A stretch of 64,000 nt of DNA from positions 2,632 through 66,631 of the forward strand of contig JBDGYV010000004.1 in the NCBI GenBank assembly GCA_039588915.1, read 5' to 3'. This DNA comes from Gemmatimonadota bacterium (GTDB taxonomy: Bacteria; Gemmatimonadota; Gemmatimonadetes; JACCXV01; JAHWKZ01). Position numbers and translations under genes: made by a program. Below, one piece after another: positions 1-12,302 of this stretch (within the stretch, counting starts at the first letter, position 1; each line of letters starts with the position of its first letter). The notes under the pieces are model-generated. The model was not told where the DNA came from. It searched no databases and was given only the letters and a program-made list of their open reading frames with translations.

Positions 1-559
1 GAATGGCGCGCCTCGAAAAGCCGGCTACCGCCGCTTCCGTGTGAAGTATGCCGAGGGGCAGGACGATTTCGCGATGATGGCGGAGGTGGTCGAGCGATAC
101 TTCCGCGGTTTGTTGGATCACGACGAGCCGTTGCCCGATCTGCTGTTGATCGATGGTGGGAAAGGACAGCTCAATGCCGCCCGCGGGGTGCTGGAAGAGC
201 TCGGCGCACTGCCCGATCTCGACGTCGCTGGTCTGGCGAAGCGTGAAGAAGAGATCTACCTGCCCGGACGCAAAGAGCCCGTGTGGTTACCTCGCCGGTC
301 GCGGGGACTGCAGACGATGCAGCATATTCGTAACGAGGCTCACCGGTTTGCGGTCTCGTATCACCGCAAGCTTCACAGTCGGCGCCTGATCGGAAGCGAG
401 CTCGACGACATCCCCGGAATCGGTCCCAAGCGGCGAGCCACCTTGCTGCACCACTTTCAGTCGGTCGATCGGTTACGTCACTCGCCCGCCGACGAGATCG
501 CCAAGATTCCCGGATTCTCGATCGCACTCGCCGAGCGAGTGAAGGCGGCACTTGAGTGA
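1..559 (+). CDS. uvrC: Excinuclease ABC subunit C, C-terminal part (5' end lies upstream of the window)
   Basis: The frame is open from nt 2; its translation contains a GYRRFRVK-type motif followed by the RNase-H-like endonuclease and HhH regions (DIPGIGPKRRATLLHHF). The stop at 557-559 overlaps the next start. Confidence 0.8.
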   Translation, partial: NGAPRKAGYRRFRVKYAEGQDDFAMMAEVVERYFRGLLDHDEPLPDLLLIDGGKGQLNAARGVLEELGALPDLDVAGLAKREEEIYLPGRKEPVWLPRRSRGLQTMQHIRNEAHRFAVSYHRKLHSRRLIGSELDDIPGIGPKRRATLLHHFQSVDRLRHSPADEIAKIPGFSIALAERVKAALE

Positions 560-1605
560 CACCCGAGGCGCTGACCTCAGCGGTCAAATCCCACGCGCTG
601 GATCTGGGTTTCGATGTTGTAGGCGTTGCTGCCGCCAACCGTGTCAGCGACGCCTCTCGTCTCGCCGACTGGTTGAATCGCGGTCACCACGCAAGTATGG
701 ATTGGATGGCCAGCCACTTCGACAAGCGGGTCGATCCGCGTGAGCTGGTGCCTGGGTGTCGTTCGGTTGTGTGCGTCGGCTTGTTATATCGGCAAACCGG
801 TGGCGGCCCTCAGCCAGACGGCGTCGCTGTGGCTACCTACGCGTGGGGGGAGGACTACCATCGAGTTCTCAAAGACAAGCTTCATGCGTTGTTGGCACAC
901 GGTAGAACGCTTGAAGCGAGTTTTGACGGCCGAGCGTTCACTGACTCGGCGCCGGTCATGGATAAGTATTGGGCCGAACGCGCGGGTTTGGGTTGGCGCG
1001 GCAAGAACACCAATCTGATCAATGTTGACTTGGGGTCGTTCCTGTTCCTGGGGGAGCTGCTGGTCACCGCCGCGCTCGTACCTGACACGCCCGGGGTTGA
1101 TCACTGCGGCACCTGCACGCGTTGCCTCGAAGCGTGTCCGACCGGGGCACTCATCGAGCCCTATGTCCTCGACTCGGCGCGCTGCATCGCATACCAGACG
1201 ATCGAACACCGGGATGAGCTGTCTGCTGAGGAAGAGGAGGCACTCGGCAACTGGCTCTTCGGTTGCGACGTCTGCCAAGATGTGTGTCCCTGGAATCATG
1301 GTGGTCCAGTCGCCGACGAGCCGCGTTTCAAGCCACGCCGCAAAGCGTGGCCAACCGATCTGGACGGTGTACTCAGGGTGACCGAGGGTGACTTTGTCAG
1401 CCGCTTTGGAGATACCGCGATTGAGCGAACCCGATGGCGGGGTTTGGTGCGCAACGCAGCGATTGTGGCCGGGAACACCGAACTCGGCTCAATGTCTGCA
1501 CTGGAACGCGCGGCGGCCGACAGTGATCCAGTCGTGGCAGGTGCCGCCATGAGAGCGCTCGATCGGAAGCGCCTGCAGTACACCGAAGGGGATCAAACAT
1601 GTTGA
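556..1605 (+). CDS. queG: Epoxyqueuosine reductase QueG (tRNA queuosine biosynthesis)
   Basis: GTG start overlaps the uvrC stop. Two ferredoxin-type 4Fe-4S motifs (CGTCTRCLEACP and CDVCQDVCPWN) are present, and the tail is HEAT-like. Confidence 0.85.
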   Translation: MTPEALTSAVKSHALDLGFDVVGVAAANRVSDASRLADWLNRGHHASMDWMASHFDKRVDPRELVPGCRSVVCVGLLYRQTGGGPQPDGVAVATYAWGEDYHRVLKDKLHALLAHGRTLEASFDGRAFTDSAPVMDKYWAERAGLGWRGKNTNLINVDLGSFLFLGELLVTAALVPDTPGVDHCGTCTRCLEACPTGALIEPYVLDSARCIAYQTIEHRDELSAEEEEALGNWLFGCDVCQDVCPWNHGGPVADEPRFKPRRKAWPTDLDGVLRVTEGDFVSRFGDTAIERTRWRGLVRNAAIVAGNTELGSMSALERAAADSDPVVAGAAMRALDRKRLQYTEGDQTC

Positions 1606-2225
1606 CCGTTCGTCAGCATGCGGTCGGACCGTTTCAGTCCAACGCCTACTTGGTGTGGGAAGCTGCTCCAGGCGAGGCGCTGTTGGTCGATGCCTGCGCC
1701 GAGGCATCCCGCCTGTTGCGGGAACTCGACGAGCATGAGCTGACGTTGACGGCGATTCTGCAGACTCACGCGCACGCCGATCACATCGCAGCGCTGCCGG
1801 ATGTGGTGGCCGCGACAGGAGCCCCAGTCTACTTGCATCCAGACGCGCGACCGATGCTGACCAGCGCCGAGGAGAACCTTTCTGCGCTAGCTGGCATGCC
1901 GGTCACGGCGCCGGTCGAAACGTTCGATGTGGCGGAGGGGGACGAGTTTAACCTGCTGGGTCGCGAGCTGAGAATCTACCACACGCCAGGGCACGCGCCG
2001 GGAAGCGTGTGCTATCATTTTGTCGACGACGGCATCGTATTCACCGGCGACGCGCTGTTTGCCGGCTCGATCGGCCGGACCGACTTCCCGGGCGGATCCT
2101 ACGAGTTGCTGGTCGAGAGCATCAAGACAAAGCTCCTCGCGCTTCCGGACGACACTGAGGTTTACTCGGGCCACATGGGCCCGACCACGATCGGCCACGA
2201 ACGGGAGACGAACCCGTTCCTATAG
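1599..2225 (+). CDS. MBL-fold metallo-hydrolase (glyoxalase II-like)
   Basis: The HAHADH metal-binding motif and downstream H and D ligands are present. It overlaps the queG stop by 4 nt. Confidence 0.8.
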   Translation: MLTVRQHAVGPFQSNAYLVWEAAPGEALLVDACAEASRLLRELDEHELTLTAILQTHAHADHIAALPDVVAATGAPVYLHPDARPMLTSAEENLSALAGMPVTAPVETFDVAEGDEFNLLGRELRIYHTPGHAPGSVCYHFVDDGIVFTGDALFAGSIGRTDFPGGSYELLVESIKTKLLALPDDTEVYSGHMGPTTIGHERETNPFL

Positions 2226-2226
2226 T

Positions 2227-3162
2227 ATGAAGCGTGCTCTCGAGCGATACACGGAGTTCCTGCTGCTCGAGAAGGGTTTGGCGAAGCGCACCATCGATGC
2301 GTACCTGGCTGACATCAAGCGCTATCAATCGTTCGCGTCAGAGACCAGTGGGGATCCCGAACAGCGAGAGACGGTTCGCGCTTATTTGAGCGAACTCGAA
2401 CGCCAACACATGAAGGCATCGACGGTGGCACGCAGACTGACCGCACTGCGCGGGTTCTATACCTTTCTGGCTGCGGAGGACAGCACGGCGACGAATCCCA
2501 CGGAGGCGATCGATGCCCCTCGGCGTGGTCAGCGGCTTCCGACCGTGCTGACCCTCGAGGAAGTCGAGCGGATCATCGACGCAGTAGGGGGTGACGAACC
2601 CTTCCCGCTGCGTGATCGGGCGATGCTCGAGTTTCTCTATGGAACCGGAGTTCGGATCTCGGAGCTGATCGCCGTCCAACTAGAGGAGTTCGACTGGACG
2701 GAGCGCACCGTCCGACTCGTTCCCATCCGACGCCGGATCCGACGGCGTGACGCGAGCATCGACGTCGAGCTGGCCGGTCCCAAGGGCGAGAAGGTGCGCG
2801 TGGTGCCGGTTGGACGGCGTGCGATCGAGGCCGTGGTGAAATACGTCGAAGAAGAACGGGTCTCGCTGAAGGGTGAGGAGACACAGGGCGTGTTGTTCTT
2901 GAACTTCCGCGGCCGCCCTTTGTCACGGATGGGCGCGTGGAAGATCATTCAGCGGTACGTTGGGCGGGCAGGGATCGAGAAGAATGTTACACCGCACACG
3001 TTTCGCCATACTTTTGCCACCCATTTACTCGATCGTGGCGCCGATTTGAGGGCGGTTCAGGAGATGCTTGGTCACGCTGATATAACGACGACCCAGATTT
3101 ACACGCATATCGATCCTCCGTATCTAAGGGCCGAGCATCGCCGGTATCACCCCCGCGCGTGA
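2227..3162 (+). CDS. Tyrosine site-specific recombinase, XerC/XerD family
   Basis: The C-terminal catalytic region HTFRHTFATHLLDRGADLRAVQEMLGHADITTTQIYTHI is typical of the family. The start was chosen at ATG 2227, just after the MBL stop; the 2020 ORF extension overlaps the MBL gene. Confidence 0.85.
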   Translation: MKRALERYTEFLLLEKGLAKRTIDAYLADIKRYQSFASETSGDPEQRETVRAYLSELERQHMKASTVARRLTALRGFYTFLAAEDSTATNPTEAIDAPRRGQRLPTVLTLEEVERIIDAVGGDEPFPLRDRAMLEFLYGTGVRISELIAVQLEEFDWTERTVRLVPIRRRIRRRDASIDVELAGPKGEKVRVVPVGRRAIEAVVKYVEEERVSLKGEETQGVLFLNFRGRPLSRMGAWKIIQRYVGRAGIEKNVTPHTFRHTFATHLLDRGADLRAVQEMLGHADITTTQIYTHIDPPYLRAEHRRYHPRA

Positions 3163-4664
3163 GACCTTGGCGATACACCCTTGTAGCCGTGGGTTTCTGG
3201 CTTGTGGCGACCGCCTCGGATGCGACGGCTCAGCAGCCAGTCATCACGGTCGATCCCGAGATCCCAACGGCGGTCCGGGCACGCGTCGACACCGTTCTGA
3301 GTGGCGCCGACCCTGTCTCGATCGCCGATAGCGTCTTTGTGCCGCGAGGTCTGACCCGCGAAGGAGCGCTCGTTCAAGTCGGCGGAACGGTGATTCTCGA
3401 GGGCCGGGTGAGGGGCGACGTGACCGCGATCGACAGTCAGATGTACGTGCGACCCGGGGCGGTGGTCGAAGGTCGTTTGACGGTGTTCGCCGGCGCGCTC
3501 TTCGGGTCGACGCTGGCGACGGTGCAGGACGGCGAGGAGTGGTTGCGGGAAGCGCCGCTCGAGGTCGCTACCGATGCCGACGGCAACCTCCGGATCGCCT
3601 ACGTCAAGCCACAGCGTCCGTTTCCGATCGAACCCAAGGGCTTCCTGGGCTTTGTTCCGTATCACTACACGGGGGTCAACGGTTTGGCGTTCAGTCTCGC
3701 GGTCGGGCTCCGACAGCGACCCGAATGGCCGCGTACGAGGCTCGCTGGCGGGCCGGTATTTCGAACCGTTCGTGGCGATGTCGGTTGGGACGTCGAGCTG
3801 GCGCGTGAATTGAGCGAAGATGCCGAGATCGGTGTGCGGACGTACTCGACTACCGATACCAGCCAGCGGTGGCATCGGTCTGATCTGGGTAACTCGTTGC
3901 GGTCATTGTTCTTGGCCGACGACGACCGGTTGTACTTCGAGCGGGAGGGTTATGAAGCCTGGGCATCGATGTCGCCGGCTCCCAAGGTGCGCCTTGGTGT
4001 TCGCTGGCGCGATGATGACTTTGACAGTCTCGAGAACGAAGACCCGTTCGCGTTCTTCGGTGGCGATGAGGACTGGCGGATCAATCCGCCAATCACACCA
4101 GGGGAGGGCCGGGCGTTGGGCACCCGGCTCACGTTCGACGCGCGCAACTCGTCCTGGTTCGCGACGCGTGGCGTGTACGCCGACGTGCAGTACGATCACT
4201 GGGGGTTTGGTGGCGATTTCGAGTTCGATTGGGCGCAGGCCGAGGCCCGCGGCTACCTGCCGACTTGGGGAGAGTCGTTTGCGGCGATGCGCGTGGTCAC
4301 CGGTGGACGGTTAGGCGGTGGCGATAGCTTGGAACCGCAGTTTCTCTATGGCCTCGGCGGTCGCCGGACAGTGGTCGGCACCTCGGCCCTCTCCGAACAG
4401 TTGACCGGCGATCGGATGCTCATCGCCAACGTTCGCTATCACCTGGCTCTGCCGAGTCCCATCGACCGCTTTCAACACTTCTACGCGGTCGGTCTCTTCG
4501 ATATCGGAGATGCTTGGTTTCCCGGCGATTCTTTCGACTCCAACGTCGGCGTCGGCGGGGGTGTGGCGTTCCACGGACCAGTCAAGTATTTGGGCGCGTT
4601 CGTAGCCTACGGTGTGGACTCGGAGGAGTGGAAGTTTTACGGCATGATCTCGCCTTGGTTCTAG
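3159..4664 (+). CDS. Omp85-family (surface antigen D15-like) outer-membrane beta-barrel protein with an N-terminal beta-helical (bactofilin-like) domain
   Basis: There is a signal peptide, then N-terminal repeats (VILEGRVRGDVTAID.., RPGAVVEGRLTVFAG). The C-terminus carries Omp85 motifs (MLIANVRYHLALP, FYAVGLFDIGDAWF, GVGGGVAFHGPVKYL) and a terminal F. Confidence 0.5.
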   Translation: MRPWRYTLVAVGFWLVATASDATAQQPVITVDPEIPTAVRARVDTVLSGADPVSIADSVFVPRGLTREGALVQVGGTVILEGRVRGDVTAIDSQMYVRPGAVVEGRLTVFAGALFGSTLATVQDGEEWLREAPLEVATDADGNLRIAYVKPQRPFPIEPKGFLGFVPYHYTGVNGLAFSLAVGLRQRPEWPRTRLAGGPVFRTVRGDVGWDVELARELSEDAEIGVRTYSTTDTSQRWHRSDLGNSLRSLFLADDDRLYFEREGYEAWASMSPAPKVRLGVRWRDDDFDSLENEDPFAFFGGDEDWRINPPITPGEGRALGTRLTFDARNSSWFATRGVYADVQYDHWGFGGDFEFDWAQAEARGYLPTWGESFAAMRVVTGGRLGGGDSLEPQFLYGLGGRRTVVGTSALSEQLTGDRMLIANVRYHLALPSPIDRFQHFYAVGLFDIGDAWFPGDSFDSNVGVGGGVAFHGPVKYLGAFVAYGVDSEEWKFYGMISPWF

Positions 4665-5395
4665 CCGCCATCCCAGCTCGCTACGCGGCCACGCGCTTTC
4701 CTGGCAAAGCCCTGGCCGAGATTTCTGGCCGACCAATGATCGTATGGGTGGCAGAATTGGCCGGCCGGGCCGAGACGGTAGACGATGTGATTGTGATCAC
4801 CGACAGCGCGGCCATCGCGGAGGCGGCTGAAACGACCGGGGCCAAGGCCGTGATCAGCGAGCGCCCGGCGACGTCAGGTAGTGACCGTATAGCGCAATTG
4901 CTCGAGCTGGATCCTGCGGCCGGTAGGGCCACCGTCATCGTCAACGTGCAGGGGGACGAGCCGCTTCTCGAGCCGGCCGCGATCGATGCCGCCGTTCGCG
5001 CACTCGACGCCGATCCGCAGGTGGATATCGCGACCCTGGTGCGGCCGTTTCGCGCTCACGATCGCGCCGACGATTCGGATCTCGTCAAAGCGGTGATCGG
5101 TGAGGATGGGCGGGCGCTCGGTTTCCAGCGCGCACCGGTATCGGACGGCGAGGCGTCACGCGTTCACATCGGTCTTTACGCCTATCGACGGAGTGCCTTC
5201 GATCGCTTCGTGGCTGCTCCGCCCTCGAAATCGGAATCAGCGGAGCAGCTCGAGCAGCTTCGTGCCCTCGAGCTGGGGTTGGTGATTCAGTGCGTCGAAG
5301 TCGAGACGGCGGCGATCGGCGTGGACACACCGGCTGATTTACGCCGCGTGGAGGCCGTGCTGCGACATCTCGACGCGGAGCGTATCTCGCCTTAA
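4655..5395 (+). CDS. kdsB: 3-deoxy-manno-octulosonate cytidylyltransferase (CMP-Kdo synthetase)
   Basis: IPARYAATRFPGKAL at the N-terminus and the overall fold match KdsB. The start is uncertain (TTG 4655 proposed); the ORF track begins at 4514, inside the previous gene. Confidence 0.8.
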   Translation: MVLAAIPARYAATRFPGKALAEISGRPMIVWVAELAGRAETVDDVIVITDSAAIAEAAETTGAKAVISERPATSGSDRIAQLLELDPAAGRATVIVNVQGDEPLLEPAAIDAAVRALDADPQVDIATLVRPFRAHDRADDSDLVKAVIGEDGRALGFQRAPVSDGEASRVHIGLYAYRRSAFDRFVAAPPSKSESAEQLEQLRALELGLVIQCVEVETAAIGVDTPADLRRVEAVLRHLDAERISP

Positions 5396-7959
<2,564 letters not shown>

Positions 7960-7961
7960 GC

Positions 7962-8525
7962 ATGGATTTGGACCGGATCCGAGGTCTCGCGTTCGACGTC
8001 GATGGCGTGCTGACTGATGGTACGGTGTATGTCGGCGCGTCGGGCGAGGAGATGAAGCGGTTCTCGGTCCAAGACGGGACGGCGCTCTACTGGTGCCGAC
8101 TTCTCAGCTACGAGCTGGCGTTGGTGAGCGGTCGTGAGTCGGGAGCGACCCGTCGCCGTGCAGAGGAACTCGGCATTCGCGCGGTGTATCAAGGGGTGCG
8201 CGACAAACGAGATCGGCTCGAGTCGTGGGCTCTGGACCGCGGTCTGGGGCTCGACGAGGTGCTCTACATGGGAGACGATCTCATCGACTTGCCGGTGTTT
8301 GACGCTGTGGGCGTCAGCGTAGCGCCGGCCAACGCGGTGGCCGAGGTGCAAAGACAGGCGGCTCACGTGACCAAGCGGTCCGGTGGTGATGGCGCCGTAC
8401 GTGAGGCCGTCGAGTGGTTGCTGTCGACGACCGATCGTATGAACGAGGCGACCCGGCTCTACCGCGAGGAGCTGTTTCGAAAGGTAGGCATTGATGCGGG
8501 CGACCCAGGGCAAGACGACGACTGA
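7962..8525 (+). CDS. kdsC: Kdo-8-phosphate phosphatase (HAD family)
   Basis: FDVDGVLTDG HAD motif I and the small HAD size fit KdsC. The start was taken at ATG 7962, just after the kdsA stop. Confidence 0.8.
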   Translation: MDLDRIRGLAFDVDGVLTDGTVYVGASGEEMKRFSVQDGTALYWCRLLSYELALVSGRESGATRRRAEELGIRAVYQGVRDKRDRLESWALDRGLGLDEVLYMGDDLIDLPVFDAVGVSVAPANAVAEVQRQAAHVTKRSGGDGAVREAVEWLLSTTDRMNEATRLYREELFRKVGIDAGDPGQDDD

Positions 8526-9495
8526 GATCGGTCCCGCCGAGTGGCTGGCTCGCGCGCGCGAGACGCTGGCCGTTGAATCGGCGGCGATCGCCGCGCTGCA
8601 GACACGGCTCGGCCCGTCGTTTGTCGACGCGGTGGAGGCGCTGCACGCGTGTCGTGGCCGGGCGATCGTCACCGGGATTGGCAAGAGTGGCCTGGTCGGC
8701 AGGAAGATCGCCGCCACCCTCACCTCTACCGGTACGCCGGCCATTTTTGTGCATCCTGCCGAGGGTGTTCACGGCGACTCGGGTGTAGCGATGAGCGGCG
8801 ATGTCGTAGTCGCGCTATCAAAGAGCGGTGAGACCGGCGAATTGCTCGATCTGCTGGGTGTTTTCAAGCGATTCAACCTGCCGGTAATCGCGCTGGTGGG
8901 ACGTCCCGACTCGACACTCGGGCGGTATGCCGATGTGGCGCTCGACTGCTCGGTCGACCAAGAAGCCTGCCCCCATGACCTGACTCCGACCGCGTCGACC
9001 ACGGCTATGATCGCGTTTGGTGACGCGCTGGCGATGGCACTGCTTACGCGGCGCGATTTCCGGCCCGAGGAGTTTGCCCAGTTTCACCCCGGTGGGGGAC
9101 TTGGAAAGCGGCTGCTGTTGACTGTCGGCGAGGTCATGGCGGTAGGCGACGAGTGTCCCAGCGTTCCCACGAGCGCGACGATGCGCGAAGCAATCTTGGA
9201 GATGGCTCACAAGAGAGGCACCGTTCCGGTGGTGGACGACGCGCATCGCGTGGTCGGCGTGGTGACCAACGGCGACCTCATGCGGCTAATGGAGAAGACC
9301 GATCAGGTTTTTGCGATACCTGTCGAAGACGTGATGACTCGGAGTCCCCAGATCACCCGAGTGGATGCGCTAGCCGCGGCGGCGGTCAACCAGATGGAGA
9401 ACTTCGGTATTGTCGCGATGCCGGTTGTCGACGACGAACAGCGCTTGGTAGGGATCGTGCATCTCCACGATTGCATGCGGGCGGGTGTGGTTTGA
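8494..9495 (+). CDS. kdsD: Arabinose-5-phosphate isomerase (SIS + tandem CBS), KdsD/KpsF
   Basis: A SIS domain (VTGIGKSG, SKSGETGEL) is followed by two CBS domains. Overlaps the kdsC end. Confidence 0.85.
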   Translation: MRATQGKTTTEIGPAEWLARARETLAVESAAIAALQTRLGPSFVDAVEALHACRGRAIVTGIGKSGLVGRKIAATLTSTGTPAIFVHPAEGVHGDSGVAMSGDVVVALSKSGETGELLDLLGVFKRFNLPVIALVGRPDSTLGRYADVALDCSVDQEACPHDLTPTASTTAMIAFGDALAMALLTRRDFRPEEFAQFHPGGGLGKRLLLTVGEVMAVGDECPSVPTSATMREAILEMAHKRGTVPVVDDAHRVVGVVTNGDLMRLMEKTDQVFAIPVEDVMTRSPQITRVDALAAAAVNQMENFGIVAMPVVDDEQRLVGIVHLHDCMRAGVV

Positions 9496-10157
9496 CTATC
9501 GCGTTATCACGTTTCGGTTTGGTCGCTATTGCGGTGGGTCTCTTCGTTGTCGCATGTGACGAGGAAGCTCAGGTGCACACCGTCGACCCGCCGATAGGGA
9601 GGCCGGATCTACCGACGCCTGATCAAGTGGTGGAAAACGGGGAGCACCTGATCACCGAGCAAGGCGTTAAGAAGGCGCTGCTGACGGCCGAGCAGCTCTA
9701 CTTCTACAATCAGACCGGCAAGGTCTTTGGGGACACCGTTCAAGTCGAGTTCTACGACGAAACCGGTGCTTTCGTATCGCTGTTGACCGCCGAGACCGGT
9801 GAGATGGACCAATCGAGCCGCAAGATGATCGCGCGGGGCAACGTGTTCGTTCGCGGCAGAGACTCGACCATCAAGACCGAGGAGCTTCATTACGATCCCC
9901 AGGGTGACCGGATCTACAGCCAAGTCGAGACCGAGATCAACCAACGTGGCAACGTGATTCGCGGAAGCGGTGTCGAATCCGATCCCGCGTTGAAGGAGGT
10001 TAGGATCCAGGGCGGCTCGGCGGTGCTGCGATCCGAGCCGGAGCTCCGGCCCAAGTCGAACCCCACGCCGCCGGACTCGGCGGTACAGGCCGATCCTGCT
10101 CGTCCCCGCAGCCCCGCTACCGACGGCCCGGCGGCGGCCCCCGGTGACTCCAGCTAG
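9492..10157 (+). CDS. lptC: LptC-like LPS export lipoprotein
   Basis: TTG start overlaps the kdsD stop. There is a lipoprotein signal (..LFVVAC), an OstA/LptC-like beta-jellyroll region, and a Pro-rich C-terminal tail. Position is between kdsD and lptA. Confidence 0.55.
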   Translation: MTIALSRFGLVAIAVGLFVVACDEEAQVHTVDPPIGRPDLPTPDQVVENGEHLITEQGVKKALLTAEQLYFYNQTGKVFGDTVQVEFYDETGAFVSLLTAETGEMDQSSRKMIARGNVFVRGRDSTIKTEELHYDPQGDRIYSQVETEINQRGNVIRGSGVESDPALKEVRIQGGSAVLRSEPELRPKSNPTPPDSAVQADPARPRSPATDGPAAAPGDSS

Positions 10158-11328
10158 AAACCACCAGGCGATCGTCCTCCGGACCTGGTGGCCGCGCCTG
10201 CTCTTTCTGGTGATCGCTCACGCGGCGCCGTTGGGGGCGCAGGAGGACGACCCAGTCGTGATCGACCACGCCAATGTCATTCGTCGGGTAGAGGAGGGCG
10301 ACTCGCTGACGTACTTCCTGGAGGGCAACGTGCGGGCGCATCGTGGGCCGGTCAGAATGCGCAGTCAGTTGGCCACCATCTATCGCCAGTCGGGGATCGC
10401 CGACTTCCAGCGGAATGTCCGTTTCTGGGATCAGACGACCGAGATCTTCGCCGATCAGGTTGTCTATGAGGAGTTGACAAACGTTGCCGTTGCCACGGGT
10501 AACGTCCAGATGATCGATCGGGATAGCGGGTCGCAGGTCGTGGCTGATACAGTTCATTACTTTCGCGAGGAGAAGTTGATCATCGCTCGGCCCCGACCGC
10601 ATGGCACATTGCTCGGGAGTGACTCGACCGCGCAGAGTGATCCGTTCGACGTGTACGCGGATGAGATGCGGTTTCGCAGTGACTCCGTGGGCTCGACCGT
10701 GGTGGCCGTGCGGCGGGTGTTGATAGAGCGAACCGACTTGACCGCGTTGGCTGACAGCTTGATCTACGACGACACCGTAGAGACGGTCGCTCTGCGCATA
10801 AGCCCCCAGGTCGAGACGGAGGAGACCTTCCTGCGTGCTGATCGGATCGATATCCAGATGACCGAGAGTGAGATTGAATCGCTGGTCGCGGTCGAGGGAG
10901 CCCGGACGATCGACAAGACGGACTCCATTCCGGGTGTCGTTCCAGCTGCTTTCGAGCACGTGAGCCAGACATCGTTTCTCGAGGGGGACAGCATCTACAT
11001 TGCGTTCGCGGACGGAGGGATCGACTGGTTGGTGGCACAGGGGCGAGCGCGGAGCCTCAACTACACGCGGGAGTCGCCGCCCGGTACGATCGAGACCTGG
11101 AGCGTTAACTATCTGCTCGGCGAACGGCTGCGGCTCAACTTCCGTGGGGATACACTCGAGCAAGTCGTGGCGAGCGGGGGCCACCGGGGGCTCTACCGCA
11201 GCGAGGACGTGCGCGTCGGCGGCGTTGAGCGACGGCCCAGCGAGCCGATTCCACTTCCGGACCTCTCTGCGACCGTCGGGTTGATCCGAGCGACACGCCG
11301 ACGTTTGGACGATCGGAGGCGCGGTTGA
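10144..11328 (+). CDS. lptA: LptA/OstA-family periplasmic LPS transport protein (duplicated OstA-like domain)
   Basis: GTG start, signal peptide, and OstA_N-like repeats. At 394 aa it is longer than E. coli LptA. Synteny is lptC-lptA-lptB. Confidence 0.6.
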   Translation: MTPARNHQAIVLRTWWPRLLFLVIAHAAPLGAQEDDPVVIDHANVIRRVEEGDSLTYFLEGNVRAHRGPVRMRSQLATIYRQSGIADFQRNVRFWDQTTEIFADQVVYEELTNVAVATGNVQMIDRDSGSQVVADTVHYFREEKLIIARPRPHGTLLGSDSTAQSDPFDVYADEMRFRSDSVGSTVVAVRRVLIERTDLTALADSLIYDDTVETVALRISPQVETEETFLRADRIDIQMTESEIESLVAVEGARTIDKTDSIPGVVPAAFEHVSQTSFLEGDSIYIAFADGGIDWLVAQGRARSLNYTRESPPGTIETWSVNYLLGERLRLNFRGDTLEQVVASGGHRGLYRSEDVRVGGVERRPSEPIPLPDLSATVGLIRATRRRLDDRRRG

Positions 11329-12128
11329 GCGAACGAACATTCGAAATCGCCGGTCACGCACCAAGCGAAGGTGCGTCGGTCCTGCCGAGTGTCCAGCCGC
11401 GACCCAATTCGCTTCTGAAGGCCGAGGATCTCGCCAAGCGCTACGGCAAGCGGAAGGTCGTCGACAACGTGACGCTTGAAGTGCATCCGGGCGAGGTCGT
11501 CGGTCTATTGGGGCCCAACGGTGCAGGAAAGACGACCACCTTCTACATGATCGTTGGGCTCATCAAACACTCCCAGGGTCGGATTTTTCTCGATGGCGAG
11601 GAAATCACGGATAAGCCGATGTTCCGGCGGGCGAGGCTGGGAATCGGTTATCTGTCACAGGAGCCTTCGGTGTTTCGCAAGTTGACGGTCGAAGAGAACA
11701 TCCGGGCGATCCTAGAAACGTGTGGTCTATCCCGTGAGGAGCAACTCCAGCGACTCGAGGTCTTGCTCGATGAGTTGGGTCTGCGACGGGTTCGGGGAAT
11801 CCGCGCCTACTCCCTCTCGGGTGGGGAACGACGCCGGCTCGAGATCACACGCGCTCTGGTTACCAAGCCCCGCTATATGTTGCTCGATGAGCCGTTCGCC
11901 GGTGTCGACCCGATCGCCGTGGACGACCTTCAGGGGATCGTCTCCACGTTGCGGGATCGGGGGCTGGGGATCCTCATCACTGATCATAATGTCCGGGAAA
12001 CGCTGGAGATCACCGACCGCGCGTACCTCTTGTACGACGGCCGAATCTTGAAATCCGGTGACGCTCAGACGCTCATCAACGACCCCGAGGCGAGAAGGCT
12101 CTACCTGGGGGAGGACTTCCGGTTGTAG
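11325..12128 (+). CDS. lptB: LPS export ABC transporter ATP-binding protein
   Basis: Walker [14 protein letters not shown], the LSGGERRR signature and Walker B LLDEP are present. TTGA overlap with lptA. Confidence 0.85.
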   Translation: MSERTFEIAGHAPSEGASVLPSVQPRPNSLLKAEDLAKRYGKRKVVDNVTLEVHPGEVVGLLGPNGAGKTTTFYMIVGLIKHSQGRIFLDGEEITDKPMFRRARLGIGYLSQEPSVFRKLTVEENIRAILETCGLSREEQLQRLEVLLDELGLRRVRGIRAYSLSGGERRRLEITRALVTKPRYMLLDEPFAGVDPIAVDDLQGIVSTLRDRGLGILITDHNVRETLEITDRAYLLYDGRILKSGDAQTLINDPEARRLYLGEDFRL

Positions 12129-12187
12129 CGCGACGGCGGTTCGACGTTCCGCCGCCCCCATCAAGGGCTGAAAAGCCCGCGTTCGGG

Positions 12188-12216
12188 TTGAACTCCCAAC
12201 CCCGTCCTGGTACAAT
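12188..12216 (+). promoter_or_regulatory. Sigma70-type promoter for rpoN: -35 TTGAAC, 17-nt spacer, extended -10 TGgTACAAT
   Basis: Hexamers at 12188-12193 and 12211-12216, with TG at 12208-12209, lie about 90 nt upstream of the rpoN ATG. Confidence 0.5.
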
Positions 12217-12223
12217 GAATCGT

Positions 12224-12239
12224 TGGCACGGTTCCTGCA
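12224..12239 (+). promoter_or_regulatory. Sigma54-type -24/-12 element (TGGCACggttccTGCA) between the sigma70 promoter and the rpoN start
   Basis: Matches TGGCAC-N5-TTGCA with the correct GG-N10-GC spacing. Confidence 0.4.
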
Positions 12240-12302
12240 GCAGATCGGTGCACCTTTCGTTTCGTGCGCCATCGATCGTTGACCTCTACCCCGTGGGTGT
12301 AG

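Noticed and set aside
2020-2226. ORF-track start of the recombinase at 2020, which would give 380 aa.
   Set aside because: The extension overlaps the MBL hydrolase gene and its product is low-complexity. The recognisable XerC/D sequence begins at ATG 2227, right after the MBL stop.
171-4736. Numerous antisense or out-of-frame ORFs of 60-240 aa (for example 171-638 minus, 784-1299 minus, 3147-3875 minus, 4311-4736 minus) and similar shadow ORFs throughout the window.
   Set aside because: Their products are Arg/Pro/Ala-rich and low-complexity, typical of high-GC shadow frames. They overlap well-supported genes on the opposite strand and carry no motifs.
9153-9491. 334-aa ORF 9153-10157 overlapping kdsD.
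   Set aside because: The N-terminal 113 residues are an Arg/Gly-rich shadow frame inside kdsD. The LptC-like lipoprotein begins at TTG 9492, with the signal peptide starting there.
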